Source: an uncultured delta proteobacterium (GTDB taxonomy: Bacteria > Myxococcota_A > Polyangia > Polyangiales > JAFGIB01). Taken from it: a stretch of DNA of 64,000 bases. The DNA is taken from NCBI GenBank assembly GCA_963778655.1, contig CAVZVA010000010.1:160001-224000 (forward strand), written 5' to 3'. The first letter of the stretch is position 1; every line of letters begins with the position of its first letter. The notes below the pieces were generated by a model that saw only the letters and a list, made by a program, of their open reading frames with translations, had not been told where the DNA came from and made no database searches. The position numbers were made by a program, and so were the translations under genes. Below, in pieces: positions 32,479 through 42,311 of this stretch.

Positions 32479-33680
32479 GGCGAATCCGGGGTCCCCACCG
32501 CCGTCCCCACCAGGGGGGCCGAAAGCGGGGCCAGGGCGCGCACCACGGCGGTGCGCTTCTCGTCCGTGTGGACGTGCGAGTAGTGCTCGGTCATGCGCTC
32601 GGTGACGTGGCCCGTCATCGAGCGGACGACCTCGCCGGTCGTAGCCTGCCGGAGCAGGTTGTTGAAGGTGCGCCGGAAGCCGTGGAGGGTGAACCGCTGG
32701 TCGATGCCTGCGGCCGCCAGCGCGGCCGCCAGCGGCTTCTGTGGGGTGGCCTGGCTCATCAGCCCTCCCACTTTCGAGGGGAATACCCAACCCGCCGCGA
32801 GGCCCGGCGCCTGAGCACTGAGCATACGCCTGCGGTGCTCTGCGAGCACCTGGGCGAGCCCAGGCATCATCGGCACCGTACGCGTGCGGTTGGTCTTGGT
32901 CGTTCCGACGTGACCACGCCAGTGGGAGCGCCGGATCGTGATGACCCCGCGCCGCTCGTCGATGTCCTCCCAGCGCAGCGACGTGGCCTCGCTGATGCGC
33001 ATGCCGGTCTCGGCCAGGAGTCGGAACAACGGGTAGTGTCGCGGGGTGGTCCGCTGCACGGCGTCGAGCAGTCGCGCGAGCTGCTCGCCCGTCAGGCAGT
33101 TGGGATCGCCGTCCGCTCGCGCTTCGGTCATGGCCTTCGTGCGCGCCGTTGGGTCGCGTGGAAGGTCGAGCTCGACGACCGCGTCCCCGAACATCGTTCG
33201 AAGAACACGGAGCGCGCTGTTGACGGTTGCCGGCGCCAAGCGCTCGGCTAGCCGATCGCGCAAACCGACAATGTCCGCGTGCTCGACGGCGTCCATGTAC
33301 ATGTCCCCGATGCACGGCAGCGCGTGCACGTCAAGCGCCGTCGCGTACCGGTTCGCGGTCGACGGCTTCAGTGTGGGCAGCTTGGTATTCAGCCACGAGT
33401 GCGCGTAGTCCTGCACGCGCATCCGAGCCCTGGCTTCCAGCTCCCCGGCTTCGAGCCGCGCCCGAAGCTCCTCGCGTCGACCGTTTGCCTCTGCGGGGCT
33501 TGCGAGCCCCTCGAAGGTTCGGTCGATCTCCTTGAACTTGCCGGTCTTGGGGTCGCGCCACTTCACGCGCACGCGATAGCTCCCCGCGCCCAGCGATTGA
33601 ATGCCCGGATATCGAGTCTTCTTGCCCTTCTTCCTCATCTGCGACTCCATCACCGGGCGCTGCATGCCGCTGGGCAGCAT
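32475..33680 (-). CDS. Tyrosine recombinase/phage-type integrase, intact
   Basis: TGMRISE (R), TKT (K), HGFRR, GH, EHY (Y); N-terminal arm-binding-like region. Confidence 0.95.
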   Translation of the reverse strand: MLPSGMQRPVMESQMRKKGKKTRYPGIQSLGAGSYRVRVKWRDPKTGKFKEIDRTFEGLASPAEANGRREELRARLEAGELEARARMRVQDYAHSWLNTKLPTLKPSTANRYATALDVHALPCIGDMYMDAVEHADIVGLRDRLAERLAPATVNSALRVLRTMFGDAVVELDLPRDPTARTKAMTEARADGDPNCLTGEQLARLLDAVQRTTPRHYPLFRLLAETGMRISEATSLRWEDIDERRGVITIRRSHWRGHVGTTKTNRTRTVPMMPGLAQVLAEHRRRMLSAQAPGLAAGWVFPSKVGGLMSQATPQKPLAAALAAAGIDQRFTLHGFRRTFNNLLRQATTGEVVRSMTGHVTERMTEHYSHVHTDEKRTAVVRALAPLSAPLVGTAVGTPDSP

Positions 33681-34074
33681 AGCGCGTCGCCCCTGTTTCG
33701 AGAAACCGGTCCAAGGTCCGCAGACGGAACATGTGCGTGCCGCGAGGCCCGCGGCCGTCCGGCACGAGCCGGCCGCGGTGGACGAGCGTTCGGACGGCTG
33801 AAGGCGACCGCTTGAGATAGCGCGCAGCCTCCAACGCCGTTAGCCACGCGTGCGGTGACCGGCACGGGTACCCACATTCAGCGCAGCATTGAGACCGGCG
33901 CGCCGAACCAGGAGCACTGGCACGCTCCTCCCCGCTCCAAGCAGGGGCCGGCTCCTCACAGCCATCAAGACCCGGACCTATGCCCCCGCCTGGCGTGTCC
34001 GCCGGCCAGTGTTCGTCGAGCGCAACGCGAAGCGCGTGAAGTGCAGCCAGCGTGTCCTCGAGCGTGACGTTCAT
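33331..34074 (-). CDS. Excisionase-like HTH protein (3' part overlaps integrase; true end uncertain)
   Basis: WLTALEAARYLKRSPSAVRTLVHRGRL..MFRLRTLDRFL. Confidence 0.65.
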   Translation of the reverse strand: MNVTLEDTLAALHALRVALDEHWPADTPGGGIGPGLDGCEEPAPAWSGEERASAPGSARRSQCCAECGYPCRSPHAWLTALEAARYLKRSPSAVRTLVHRGRLVPDGRGPRGTHMFRLRTLDRFLETGATRYAAQRHAAPGDGVADEEEGQEDSISGHSIAGRGELSRAREVARPQDRQVQGDRPNLRGARKPRRGKRSTRGASGAARSRGAGSQGSDARAGLRALVAEYQAAHTEAVDREPVRDGA

Positions 34075-34191
34075 GGCAGGGCCTGGGCCCTCTCGCGGTC
34101 CGAAGCCGGCAGCCACGGCCAAAGGGAACGCACGGTCGTTTATGCCATGTTGTCTTCTAAACAGCAAACTAGAACGTCGCTGGCACCCGAA

Positions 34192-34542
34192 TCAGCCGTA
34201 GATTTCCTTCCTGTTCGGCACGCGCTCGTGATGGAAGTGCCTGGGCTTGTCGGCCGTTTGCGCGGGCGGGGCGACGGACCGCGTCGCGTGATGGACGGGC
34301 CGGTGGCGATCTTGCTCGGAGGAGATAAGGGTCGCGACGTGCCGCCGGAAGGCGTGGTAGCCGACCTGCACTGAGCCCTCCGCCCGCAGCGTTTGCCAGA
34401 CCGCTTTCACGGACCAGCCGTCGTCCAGCGCTTTGCGGATCTCCTCGCGAAGGGCAAGCACCACAACGCGTCCCTTGCCGCTTCGCCGTGCCGGCTGGTC
34501 CTGCATGAACTGCGCAACTCGCTTGGTCAACGATTCGCTCAT
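34192..34542 (-). CDS. traK: TraK-family oriT-binding protein
   Basis: LALREEIRKALDDGWSVKAVWQTL..G..VGYHAFRRHV. Confidence 0.7.
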   Translation of the reverse strand: MSESLTKRVAQFMQDQPARRSGKGRVVVLALREEIRKALDDGWSVKAVWQTLRAEGSVQVGYHAFRRHVATLISSEQDRHRPVHHATRSVAPPAQTADKPRHFHHERVPNRKEIYG

Positions 34543-35275
34543 ATCAGCTCACCAACGCTCTGCCTTCCATCACGGCGTGCCCATAAACGATCCCATAGCC
34601 CATGAACGCTCCCGCTTGGAGTCTATTTGTTCAGATCCGTCTCAAATTCCGCAATCGAGCGATCCGTGAGCCTTTGTGGACCTCGTGTGAGCTGACGAGA
34701 GCGCTGAAGTAGGAGGGCAAGATGTGGGAAGTTAGCCAACTTCCCGTCGAGTCCATTCGCGCGAAGCGCTCAAGGGCGGGGTTATTCGCGCCTGCCGGCG
34801 CTCAATGGCTGGACGCCAGGCCAGAACGCGGTGCGCACGAAGGCGACCGCACGGTTACCCGTGCTGTGACTGCCGCCCAGGATCCGGCGCCCACGAGCCA
34901 GTCGTGAAGAGCTCGACGATCGCGGCGGCCCGTTCTGGCGGCCACTGCCACGTTCCGCTCGTGGCGTTCAAGGGCATCCTGTCTTGCTGTTTGGCCACCT
35001 CGGGGATGGCACCGCGGTGGTGTGCCATGCGCCAGGAAGAAGCAAAGGCGCGTGCCCGAACAGATCGCCACACCGCTCAGCACAGCGGGGCCCCCGGTCA
35101 AGGCGCCGTGATCGGAAGCCTTCGGGAAGCACAGCGGCCGGCGTTCGGAGAATGAGCAGGAAGCGGCCGGTGAACAAGCTCGAAAGCGTTCGGGCCACGG
35201 GGACGCGCGCGGCGCCAGCGGCACAGAGACCCATCTGGCGGCCGCCGCCGGTCATGGGCGCCCACCGCCACAGGC

Positions 35276-36886
35276 GTGGCAACAATTCCGCGAGGTCTCG
35301 GTGTGATCTGCCGGCACGCAAGTTGCGCGTGCCGCGCCCGTGCCCCGAGACCCAGCCCGTGCGTCGCTGCCCCGCGCGACTGCGGTGTGCGGCCCGGCTC
35401 GCCCGCCCGCACCGTACGAGCCCGCAGGCCCGAAGACAGCGTCCTGTACCACGTGCTGCAGCAGCACCTCACCACCTTTCTGCACCAAGCAAGCGAATCT
35501 CACGACGGCACCGGAATTCCCCGCTTCGTCGAGAAGGAGCTGCGAGCCTTCTTGAAATGTGGCGTGCTCGCGCACGGCTTCTGTCGCTTTCGCTGCACCG
35601 CCTGCAGCTTCGAGCGCTTGGTCCCGCTCTCCTGCAAGGGCCGCGGCTTCTGTCCGAGCTGCGGCGGTAGACGCATGACCGAGATCAGCGCGAACTTGAC
35701 CGATCACGTGATTCCCCTCGTGCCCGTGCGCCAGATCGTGTTGAGCTTCCCGCACAGGTTGCGCTACTTGCTGGCCTACGATCACGACCGTTGCACCGGC
35801 GTGCTGCGCATCTTCCTCCGGGCCGTGCTCGGTTTCTATCGCAGGCGCGCCCGGGCGCGGGGCACCTCGGGTGGGCGCACCGGCTCCGTGACGTTCATTC
35901 AGCGCTTCGGTTCCGCCGCGAATCTGAACTTGCACGCCCACGTGGTCGTGCTCGATGGCGTGTTCGCCGAGGACGACACCGGCGAGCTGCGCTTCCACCA
36001 GGCCGAGGCGCCGCGCGATGAGGAGATCGCGGCGCTGCTCGCCAAAATCCGCACCCGCATCCTCCGCCACCTCGACAAGCAGGGCCTGCTCGACGACGAC
36101 CAGGGCCGCGTCGACCCGCTCAGCGACGAAGCGCCGCTGCTTGCAAGCTGCTACGCCACCTCGATCGGTCAGCGCCAGACCGTGGGCAGTCGCCCGGGCG
36201 CCTCGCTGCCGCGCATTGGCCAAGACCCCGACGCGCCGTGGATTGAGCATCGAGGACCGTTGCAAGCGCATCTCGACGGCTTCGATCTGCACGCGAGCGT
36301 GACTATGGCCGCGCAACATCCCGAAGGCCGGTTGCCGCTCGAAAGGCTGCTGCGCTACTGCGCCCGGCCGCCGATCGCGCAGGACCGCTTGAAGGAGCTA
36401 CCCGACGGTCGCATCGCGCTGGAGCTCAAGACCCCCTGGTCGGACGGCAGCACCCACGTGGTGTACGAGCCATTGGATCTGATCGCCAAGCTCGCCGCGC
36501 TCGTACCGCGACCCCGCAAGAACCTCGTGCTCTATCATGGCGTCCTGGCCGCCAACGCGGCCTGGCGCGAGCGCGTCGTACGCTACGGCCGCGACGCTGC
36601 GGCGAGCGGCAGGACCACCGGCGATGCTGACGCCGGGAGCGCAACCGAGCCTGCCGAGTCACGCCGCCGATGCAACCAATGGGCCGAGCTCATGCGTCGG
36701 GCCTTCGGCTACGACCTGCTCGTGTGCCCCGATTGCGGCGGCAAGATGGCGCTGATCGCCTGCATCCTAGAACGGGCCGCGGTCCGCAAGATCCTAGCCC
36801 ACCTCGGCCTGCCCCAAGAACCCCCGGTCGTAACCAACGCCCGCGCTTCGCCCGGTCACGAGCCCCTCTTCGACGACGTCGCGTGA
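35276..36886 (+). mobile_element. IS91-family rolling-circle transposase
   Basis: SCKGRGFCPSCGGRRM zinc domain, HAH (HUH), LLRYCARP, VLYHGV. Confidence 0.9.
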
Positions 36887-37122
36887 TGGCACAGACCGGC
36901 CGCGCTAAGACCGCGTCTCGATGGGCAGGTGCACCCGCCGGTCAGAAAGAAGGCTCTCCTGACGCATGAGTGGGCGCGCGTTGCGTGAGTGGGGCGCGGG
37001 AAGTGGCTTGAAAAGCAGGGGGCTGCGAGGGGCACGAGCCCGTCGGCGGGGCCGGATTTCAGGCGCATGGCGAGGGCGGGGTACCTTCGGGTTGCGACAC
37101 CAACGGAGGTCCGCCACCCGCC

Positions 37123-37552
37123 ATGCAATTGACGAAGGTACTGACGATCATCCTGGGAATGAAGTGCGTTCGAGCCCGAGGTTGCCAATTCGAGGAGGAC
37201 ACCCTGGTGATCCAGGTCGCGCCCACCACGCGGGTCGCCCGGTGCGGCGGCTGCGGGTGCCGCTGCCGGCGGCTGTACGATCGTCGGCCCGATCGTCGCT
37301 GGCGGCACCTGGACCTCGGAGGCATGCGGGTCGAGCTGAGCTACGACCTGCGCCGTGTGGACTGCACCCGCTGCGGCGTGTGCACCGAGCTCGTGCCCTG
37401 GGCCGAGCCCGACTCGGCGTTCACGCGCCCCTTCGAGCAGCAGGTCGCCTACCTGGCGCAACGCATGGACAAGAGCGCGGTCGTCGAGAGCATCGTCGAG
37501 CGCGTGGTCAAGCGGCTCAGTCCCGATGACCGGCTCAGCGGACTGCGCACGA
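37123..37552 (+). pseudogene. ISL3 transposase N-terminal fragment
   Basis: CGGC..YDRR..RWRHLD..RRVDCTRCGV..VPWA; cut by IS21 end. Confidence 0.85.
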
Positions 37553-37649
37553 TGCGCATACCGCGCATCGTGATCACCTGGATCGGCGCATCGTGACCGC
37601 CGCGATCGGGCATCGTGATCGGGTCGGAGCGAAGCGACGGGTTGTGGGT

Positions 37650-38393
37650 TCAGGCGGCGGTTTGAGCTTTCTCCTTTCGACGTGAGGGACCCTTCATCTT
37701 GATCTTGTGTGCGTTGTGGACGAGGCGGTCGAGGACGGCGTCGGCGATGGTGGGATGGGCGATGTAGTCGTGCCAGTTTTCGACGGGAAGTTGGCTGGTC
37801 ACGATGGTGGAGCGAGCGCCATGGCGGTCCTCGAGAATCTCCAGGACGTCGCGGCGTTGCTGGTCGGCCAGCGGTGCCAGGCCCCAGTCGTCGAGGATGA
37901 GGACATCGACCTTGGCGAGCCGGGCGAGCAGGCGGACGTAGGTGCCGTCGGCGTGAGCCAGACCGAGCTCCTCGAAGAGCCGCGGGACGCGCTTGTAGGC
38001 GACGCGGAAGCCCAAGCGGCAGGCCAGCTGGCCGAGCGCACAGCCGAGATAGCTTTTGCCCACGCCGGTCATCCCGGTGATGAGCAAGTTGGTGTGCTCG
38101 CCGATCCAGCGCCCGGTCGCGAGCTGGCGCAAGAGCGGCTTGTCGAGCTCGCGCTTGGGGCTGAGGTCGACGTCCTCCATGCAGGCGCCGGGAATGCGGA
38201 GCTTGGCGTCGTGCAGCAGCTTCTGCAGGCGCTTGTTGTCGCGGGCGAGCGTCTCGGCCTCGACCAGCAGCGCCAGCCGCTCGTCGAAGCTGAGCTCGGC
38301 CGCTGAAGGGTCCTCGCGCTGGGCGATCCAGGCGGTGGCCATGGTGTAGAGCTTGAGGGTGCGGAGTTTGTCGAGCGTGGGTTCGGTCATCAT
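37650..38393 (-). CDS. istB: IS21 helper ATPase
   Basis: GMTGVGKS, LILDDWG, DAVLDRLVH. Confidence 0.95.
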   Translation of the reverse strand: MMTEPTLDKLRTLKLYTMATAWIAQREDPSAAELSFDERLALLVEAETLARDNKRLQKLLHDAKLRIPGACMEDVDLSPKRELDKPLLRQLATGRWIGEHTNLLITGMTGVGKSYLGCALGQLACRLGFRVAYKRVPRLFEELGLAHADGTYVRLLARLAKVDVLILDDWGLAPLADQQRRDVLEILEDRHGARSTIVTSQLPVENWHDYIAHPTIADAVLDRLVHNAHKIKMKGPSRRKEKAQTAA

Positions 38394-38416
38394 CGTGGCT
38401 GTTGTCCTTTCTCGAT

Positions 38417-39961
38417 TCAGTTCACGAAGTAATCGGGGCCGCGCACGTTGTCGTGCTCGACCGGAGCCTGCGCCACGTCGGCCTCGAGCGTCGGCTGCGA
38501 GTCCAGGCCCAGCCGCAGCACGGACTCGACGCTGCGGTAGGAGCGGGCGTGAGCCGCGAAGCAGCGCGCGCAGGCGTTCTCGACGCGGCCATCGCCGTAC
38601 TTCTTGGCCAGGCGCAGAATGCCCAGGCACGAGCGAAAGCCCTGCTCGGGGTGCGGCCGGTCGGCCAAGATCGCGCTGCAGAGGGCGTGCGTCGAGGGGC
38701 CCAGCGTTTCTGCCCACGACAGAATGCGCGACGGCGTCCACTCTGCGTGCTGGCGGTGAGCGCTCGGCATGTGCGCGGGGACCGTCGCGTAGCGGTCGCG
38801 ACCCTGGCGCTGGTGCAACGCGACGCGGCGGCCGCGCAACTGGACCTCGACCATGGTGGCCGTCGCGCACAGCCAGACCTCTTCGCCGACGTAGCGATGC
38901 GGCACCGAGTACAAGCGCTCGCCGAAGGCGACGTGGTAGTCGATGTTGACCGTGGCCTTCTTCCACTCGGTGATCTCGTAGCGGTCGACCGGCAGCGGCA
39001 GCAGCTGCGCTCGCTCCGTCGCCTCGAACAACTCGAGCCGGCTCTTGCCGTACTCGCGCATCGTTCGCCGGTTGAGGTCGTGCAGGCACTGCGCGATCGC
39101 TTCGTTGAGCGCCGCCAGGGTGTGAAACACCCGGTTGCGCAGCCGCGCCAGGATCCAGCGCTGCGCGACCTGCACCCCGACCTCGACCTTGGCCTTGTGC
39201 CGAGGCTTGCCCTTGTGCGCCGGCAGCACCGCGGTGCCGTAGTGCAGCGCCATGTGCTCGTAGCTACGCTGCACCGTCGGTTCGTAGAAGCACGCCCGGG
39301 TCACCCCGCTCTTGAGGTTGTCGGGAACGAGCGCGCGGGCGACGCCGCCGAAGAACGAGAACGCCCGAACGTGGCTGCCCACGAAGTCGGTCACCTGCTG
39401 GCTGTACGTCGCCTCCGCGTATGTGTAGCTCGATGCCCCCAGCACCGCGACGAACAGCTCGACCTCGATCACTTCGCCCGTCACCGGGTCGACCAGCGTC
39501 GGCTTCTTGCCCGAGTAGTCGACGAACATCTTGTCGCCGGCGATGTGGTGCTGGCGCATCACCAGCCCGCGACGCTTGAGAAACTCCCGGTAGCGGTCAC
39601 AGAACGCCGTGTACTGGTAGCCGCCGGGGTTGGCCTCCAGGTACTCCAGGTGCAGCAGTTGCAGCGTCACCCCCGGCCGCGCGCGCTCGCGGTGGATCCA
39701 CGCGCAGTCCGGCTCCGGCCGCGCGATCAGCGCCGCCGCTGCGCTCTCGGGGTACAGCGCCGCCTCGAGCTCAGCCTCGCCAAGCTGCCGCGCCTGGCCG
39801 TACGTGCTCAGCCCGGCGGTCGCCGCGCGCCGCAGCACGTTGACCACCGTCGCCGGGCTGACTCCAGCGCTGCGCGCCACCCGCCGGTTCGACAGCCGCA
39901 GCTCCCACTTCAGTCGTAGAATCTCCAGTACCTTGCGCATGGGCAGTCGCTCGTTCGCCAT
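38417..39961 (-). CDS. istA: IS21 transposase
   Basis: FVDYSG, VPDNLKSGV, KAKVE. Confidence 0.95.
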   Translation of the reverse strand: MANERLPMRKVLEILRLKWELRLSNRRVARSAGVSPATVVNVLRRAATAGLSTYGQARQLGEAELEAALYPESAAAALIARPEPDCAWIHRERARPGVTLQLLHLEYLEANPGGYQYTAFCDRYREFLKRRGLVMRQHHIAGDKMFVDYSGKKPTLVDPVTGEVIEVELFVAVLGASSYTYAEATYSQQVTDFVGSHVRAFSFFGGVARALVPDNLKSGVTRACFYEPTVQRSYEHMALHYGTAVLPAHKGKPRHKAKVEVGVQVAQRWILARLRNRVFHTLAALNEAIAQCLHDLNRRTMREYGKSRLELFEATERAQLLPLPVDRYEITEWKKATVNIDYHVAFGERLYSVPHRYVGEEVWLCATATMVEVQLRGRRVALHQRQGRDRYATVPAHMPSAHRQHAEWTPSRILSWAETLGPSTHALCSAILADRPHPEQGFRSCLGILRLAKKYGDGRVENACARCFAAHARSYRSVESVLRLGLDSQPTLEADVAQAPVEHDNVRGPDYFVN

Positions 39962-40250
39962 CCCGCTCCTCCTTCGAAGACGGGACCTGCTCGAGCCCTT
40001 CTGCCGTCGCCTGCTCCGCCTCGCCGGCCGCGAGTCTGCACGCTCCGCGACCCGTCCCTACCTGGGAGCGATCACGATGCCGCGATCTGGCCGATCACGA
40101 CCCCGATCTGGGCGATCACGATGCCGATCTGGGCGATCACGATGCCGCGATCCGGCCGATCACGATGCCGCGATCTGGCCGATCACGATGCCGCGATCTG
40201 AGCGATCACGATGCCGCGATCTGAGCGATCACGATCGCGCGGTGCGCGCA

Positions 40251-40960
40251 GCAAGCTCCGGGTGGCGTTCAAGAAGCCCTGGCGTGACGGCACCCAGGCC
40301 GTCGTGCTCACACCGATGGACTTCATCGCGCGGCTGTGCGCGATCGTGCCCCCGCCTCGCATGCACTTGACCAGGTTCCACGGCGTGCTCGCGCCAGCTG
40401 CCAGGCTCCGGGCCGAGGTGGTGCCGGTCCCCGCCCACGACCCCGAGCTCGACACGCCACAGCAGCTGTCGCTGTTCGATGCCAAAGGGCACAGGCCCGC
40501 GCCGCCCGCGGAGGCCGAGCCGCCGGCGCGACAACCGGGACGTCGCCCGTGGGCGTGGCTCTTGCGTCACGTGTTCGCGCTCGACCTCACCGTCTGCGAT
40601 CGCTGCCAGGGGCGCATGCGCATCGTCGAGATCGCCCTCAGCAGCGACGCCATCGCCCGCGTGCTCGCCCGTCACGGCCTCGGTCCCCAGCCGCCGCCGG
40701 TGCCGCAAACGCCCATGCCCGGACAGCTGGGGTTACCGGGCGTGCCCATGCACTGACACCAGCCCCACCGTTGCGCTCGCCTCACCCGAGCCGAGGGTTC
40801 GCTGCGCCCGAGCACCGCCACAACGACCGCCGATGTCTCTTCACCCTCATCCAAGTGCCCCGGGCTCCGACGCCAAGCAGCCGACCGCCTCCCCCCCGAC
40901 CCCTCGCCACGGCTCCACCCGCTCCCCCACCCTGCCGTTTTCCAGCATTGTTTGTCCTTG
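40251..40960 (+). pseudogene. Second IS91-family element, 3' fragment with probable ori end
   Basis: KKPWRDGT..FIARL..PPPRMHLTRFHGVLA, WAWLLRHVF..CDRCQGRM; GC-rich tail ending TTGTTTGTC-CTTG. Confidence 0.75.
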
Positions 40961-41219
40961 GACGGGTGCCACCTGTGGCCTCGGTTGCATACCTATATAG
41001 CCACATCGCTTGATATCTGTATGCCCCGTTTTGCTCCCACGACTGGTCCTTCTTGCCACCCGCGACATGTTCGGTTGGATCCGATTCTAGGAATCCCGAG
41101 TTGACCCATCCTTCCCAATGCCGGGCCTCGTGTACCAGTGTTGCAGCTCGGTCTGATACGGTGGAAAAGAAGAACTTCGGGACGTAGGTCTCAACTCTCT
41201 TGGTGCCCCCTGTCTTAGG
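40961..41219 (-). pseudogene. HExxH zinc-metallopeptidase fragment
   Basis: Manual translation: RAATLVHEARHWEG..H..DQSWEQNGAYRYQAMWL; in-frame stop at 41220-41222. Confidence 0.55.
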
Positions 41220-41512
41220 CTATGCCCCCTCGGAGCATCTACTTGGAGCCATGGCCCATCGAGGCCCAGCTAGGAGAATGGTGCCCGCTTCCTCAAGCGG
41301 GATGCCGAACACGGCTCCTCCTTGCCATCAGCACGGACTCGTCCACAGCAATCAGCAAGACGCCGCGCATCGCTCGGTCGCCGCATCCAACACGCGTGTC
41401 GCGGGCCGGACCGAGCCGCAACGCCAAGCTGTGACTGGAAACCGACCGCCCGATGTCGGGGCGGCATCGGAAACGCGGACGTCCGCCCTCGACTTCTCCC
41501 CCGCTAGGAGGA

Positions 41513-41577
41513 GATCACGATCGGATCGCCATGTCGATCCGTCTACCGCGAAAAAATGCCGGGGGCTGAACGGTTAC
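41513..41577 (-). mobile_element. Isolated IS66-type terminus
   Basis: GGCTGAACGGTTAC end; homologous to 53730-53794. Confidence 0.65.
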
Positions 41578-42311
41578 AATGAGCCGGTCTGAGACTTAGG
41601 AATCTCCAGTCCTCTACTCTTGAGCCCGTTGGTGTCAAAGCAAATGTTGCTGCCGATGCGAGCCCACCAGAGACAAACTTGGGTGCCCTGTGGACCCGGG
41701 ACGCACGAACTCGCACCCGCGTCCTTCGGCGGCGGACAACATTCCGCATCAGTACGACAAGAAAAGCAAACGTGATCCATGCAGACGAATCCGTTGCATA
41801 TGTTGTTGAACTTTGGGTCCATCTGAGGCAGGGGGTCTCCGGGTTCGTAACAGAACTGACCGAGCATTCCACCAACGTAGGCTGTTCCGCCTCGACCCTT
41901 GTTCACGCACCGGTCGCGATCGCAGAACGCGTCGCCACCGCAGTTACCGCAGCCCTCATCGAACATGCGCGGAGGACCTAGCTCATCTTGAGTTGGCGGC
42001 TGATTAAACTGGATGATGTCTGGCCCCGAGAAGTCGAATGCCGCATCTGGTTGGGTCGGCTGGATGACAGAACCATCCATACATCCGGGCGCCTGCGTGA
42101 GTCCGCGAGCCTTGTCTCCGACGCATCCGTCCTTCGACTCGGCCGCCGCGTCCTTTTGGCTATTGGCGGAATGCGCCGCCGTTCCACTTGCCCCAGAGCA
42201 ACTGACGGCGATTACGGCGAGGACGGATGCGGCCCCAATTTGCGCTGGACGATTCCGCTGTATAATCCCCCGGATCCCCACGCTTAGTTGTCCGTGGTGC
42301 AATTTGGCCAA
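41574..42311 (-). CDS. Cys-rich lipoprotein downstream of neprosin gene (start may be GTG 42281)
   Basis: IAVSC lipobox, SCRTDAECC; stop lies in the IS66 end. Confidence 0.65.
   Translation of the reverse strand: MAKLHHGQLSVGIRGIIQRNRPAQIGAASVLAVIAVSCSGASGTAAHSANSQKDAAAESKDGCVGDKARGLTQAPGCMDGSVIQPTQPDAAFDFSGPDIIQFNQPPTQDELGPPRMFDEGCGNCGGDAFCDRDRCVNKGRGGTAYVGGMLGQFCYEPGDPLPQMDPKFNNICNGFVCMDHVCFSCRTDAECCPPPKDAGASSCVPGPQGTQVCLWWARIGSNICFDTNGLKSRGLEIPKSQTGSL

Larger units (their letters stand above)
37553..40250 (-). mobile_element. IS21-family element
   Basis: TGCGCATACCGCGC / GCGCGGTGCGCGCA termini, iterated CGATCACGA subterminal repeats, istA-istB. Confidence 0.9.

Noticed and set aside
32475..33680. 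Integrase as integron integrase IntI
   Set aside because: Phage/ICE-type architecture with xis and tRNA att; no IntI-specific insertion recognised
34975..34982. IncP-type nick site CATCCTGT
   Set aside because: 8-bp match expected by chance; no supporting inverted repeat identified
40069..40234. CRISPR-like tandem repeats
   Set aside because: No unique spacers and no cas genes; they are IS21 subterminal repeats mirrored at 37553-37620
40945..41120. Array of repeated IS91 ori ends
   Set aside because: Better explained as a minus-strand HExxH peptidase fragment cut by one IS91 end
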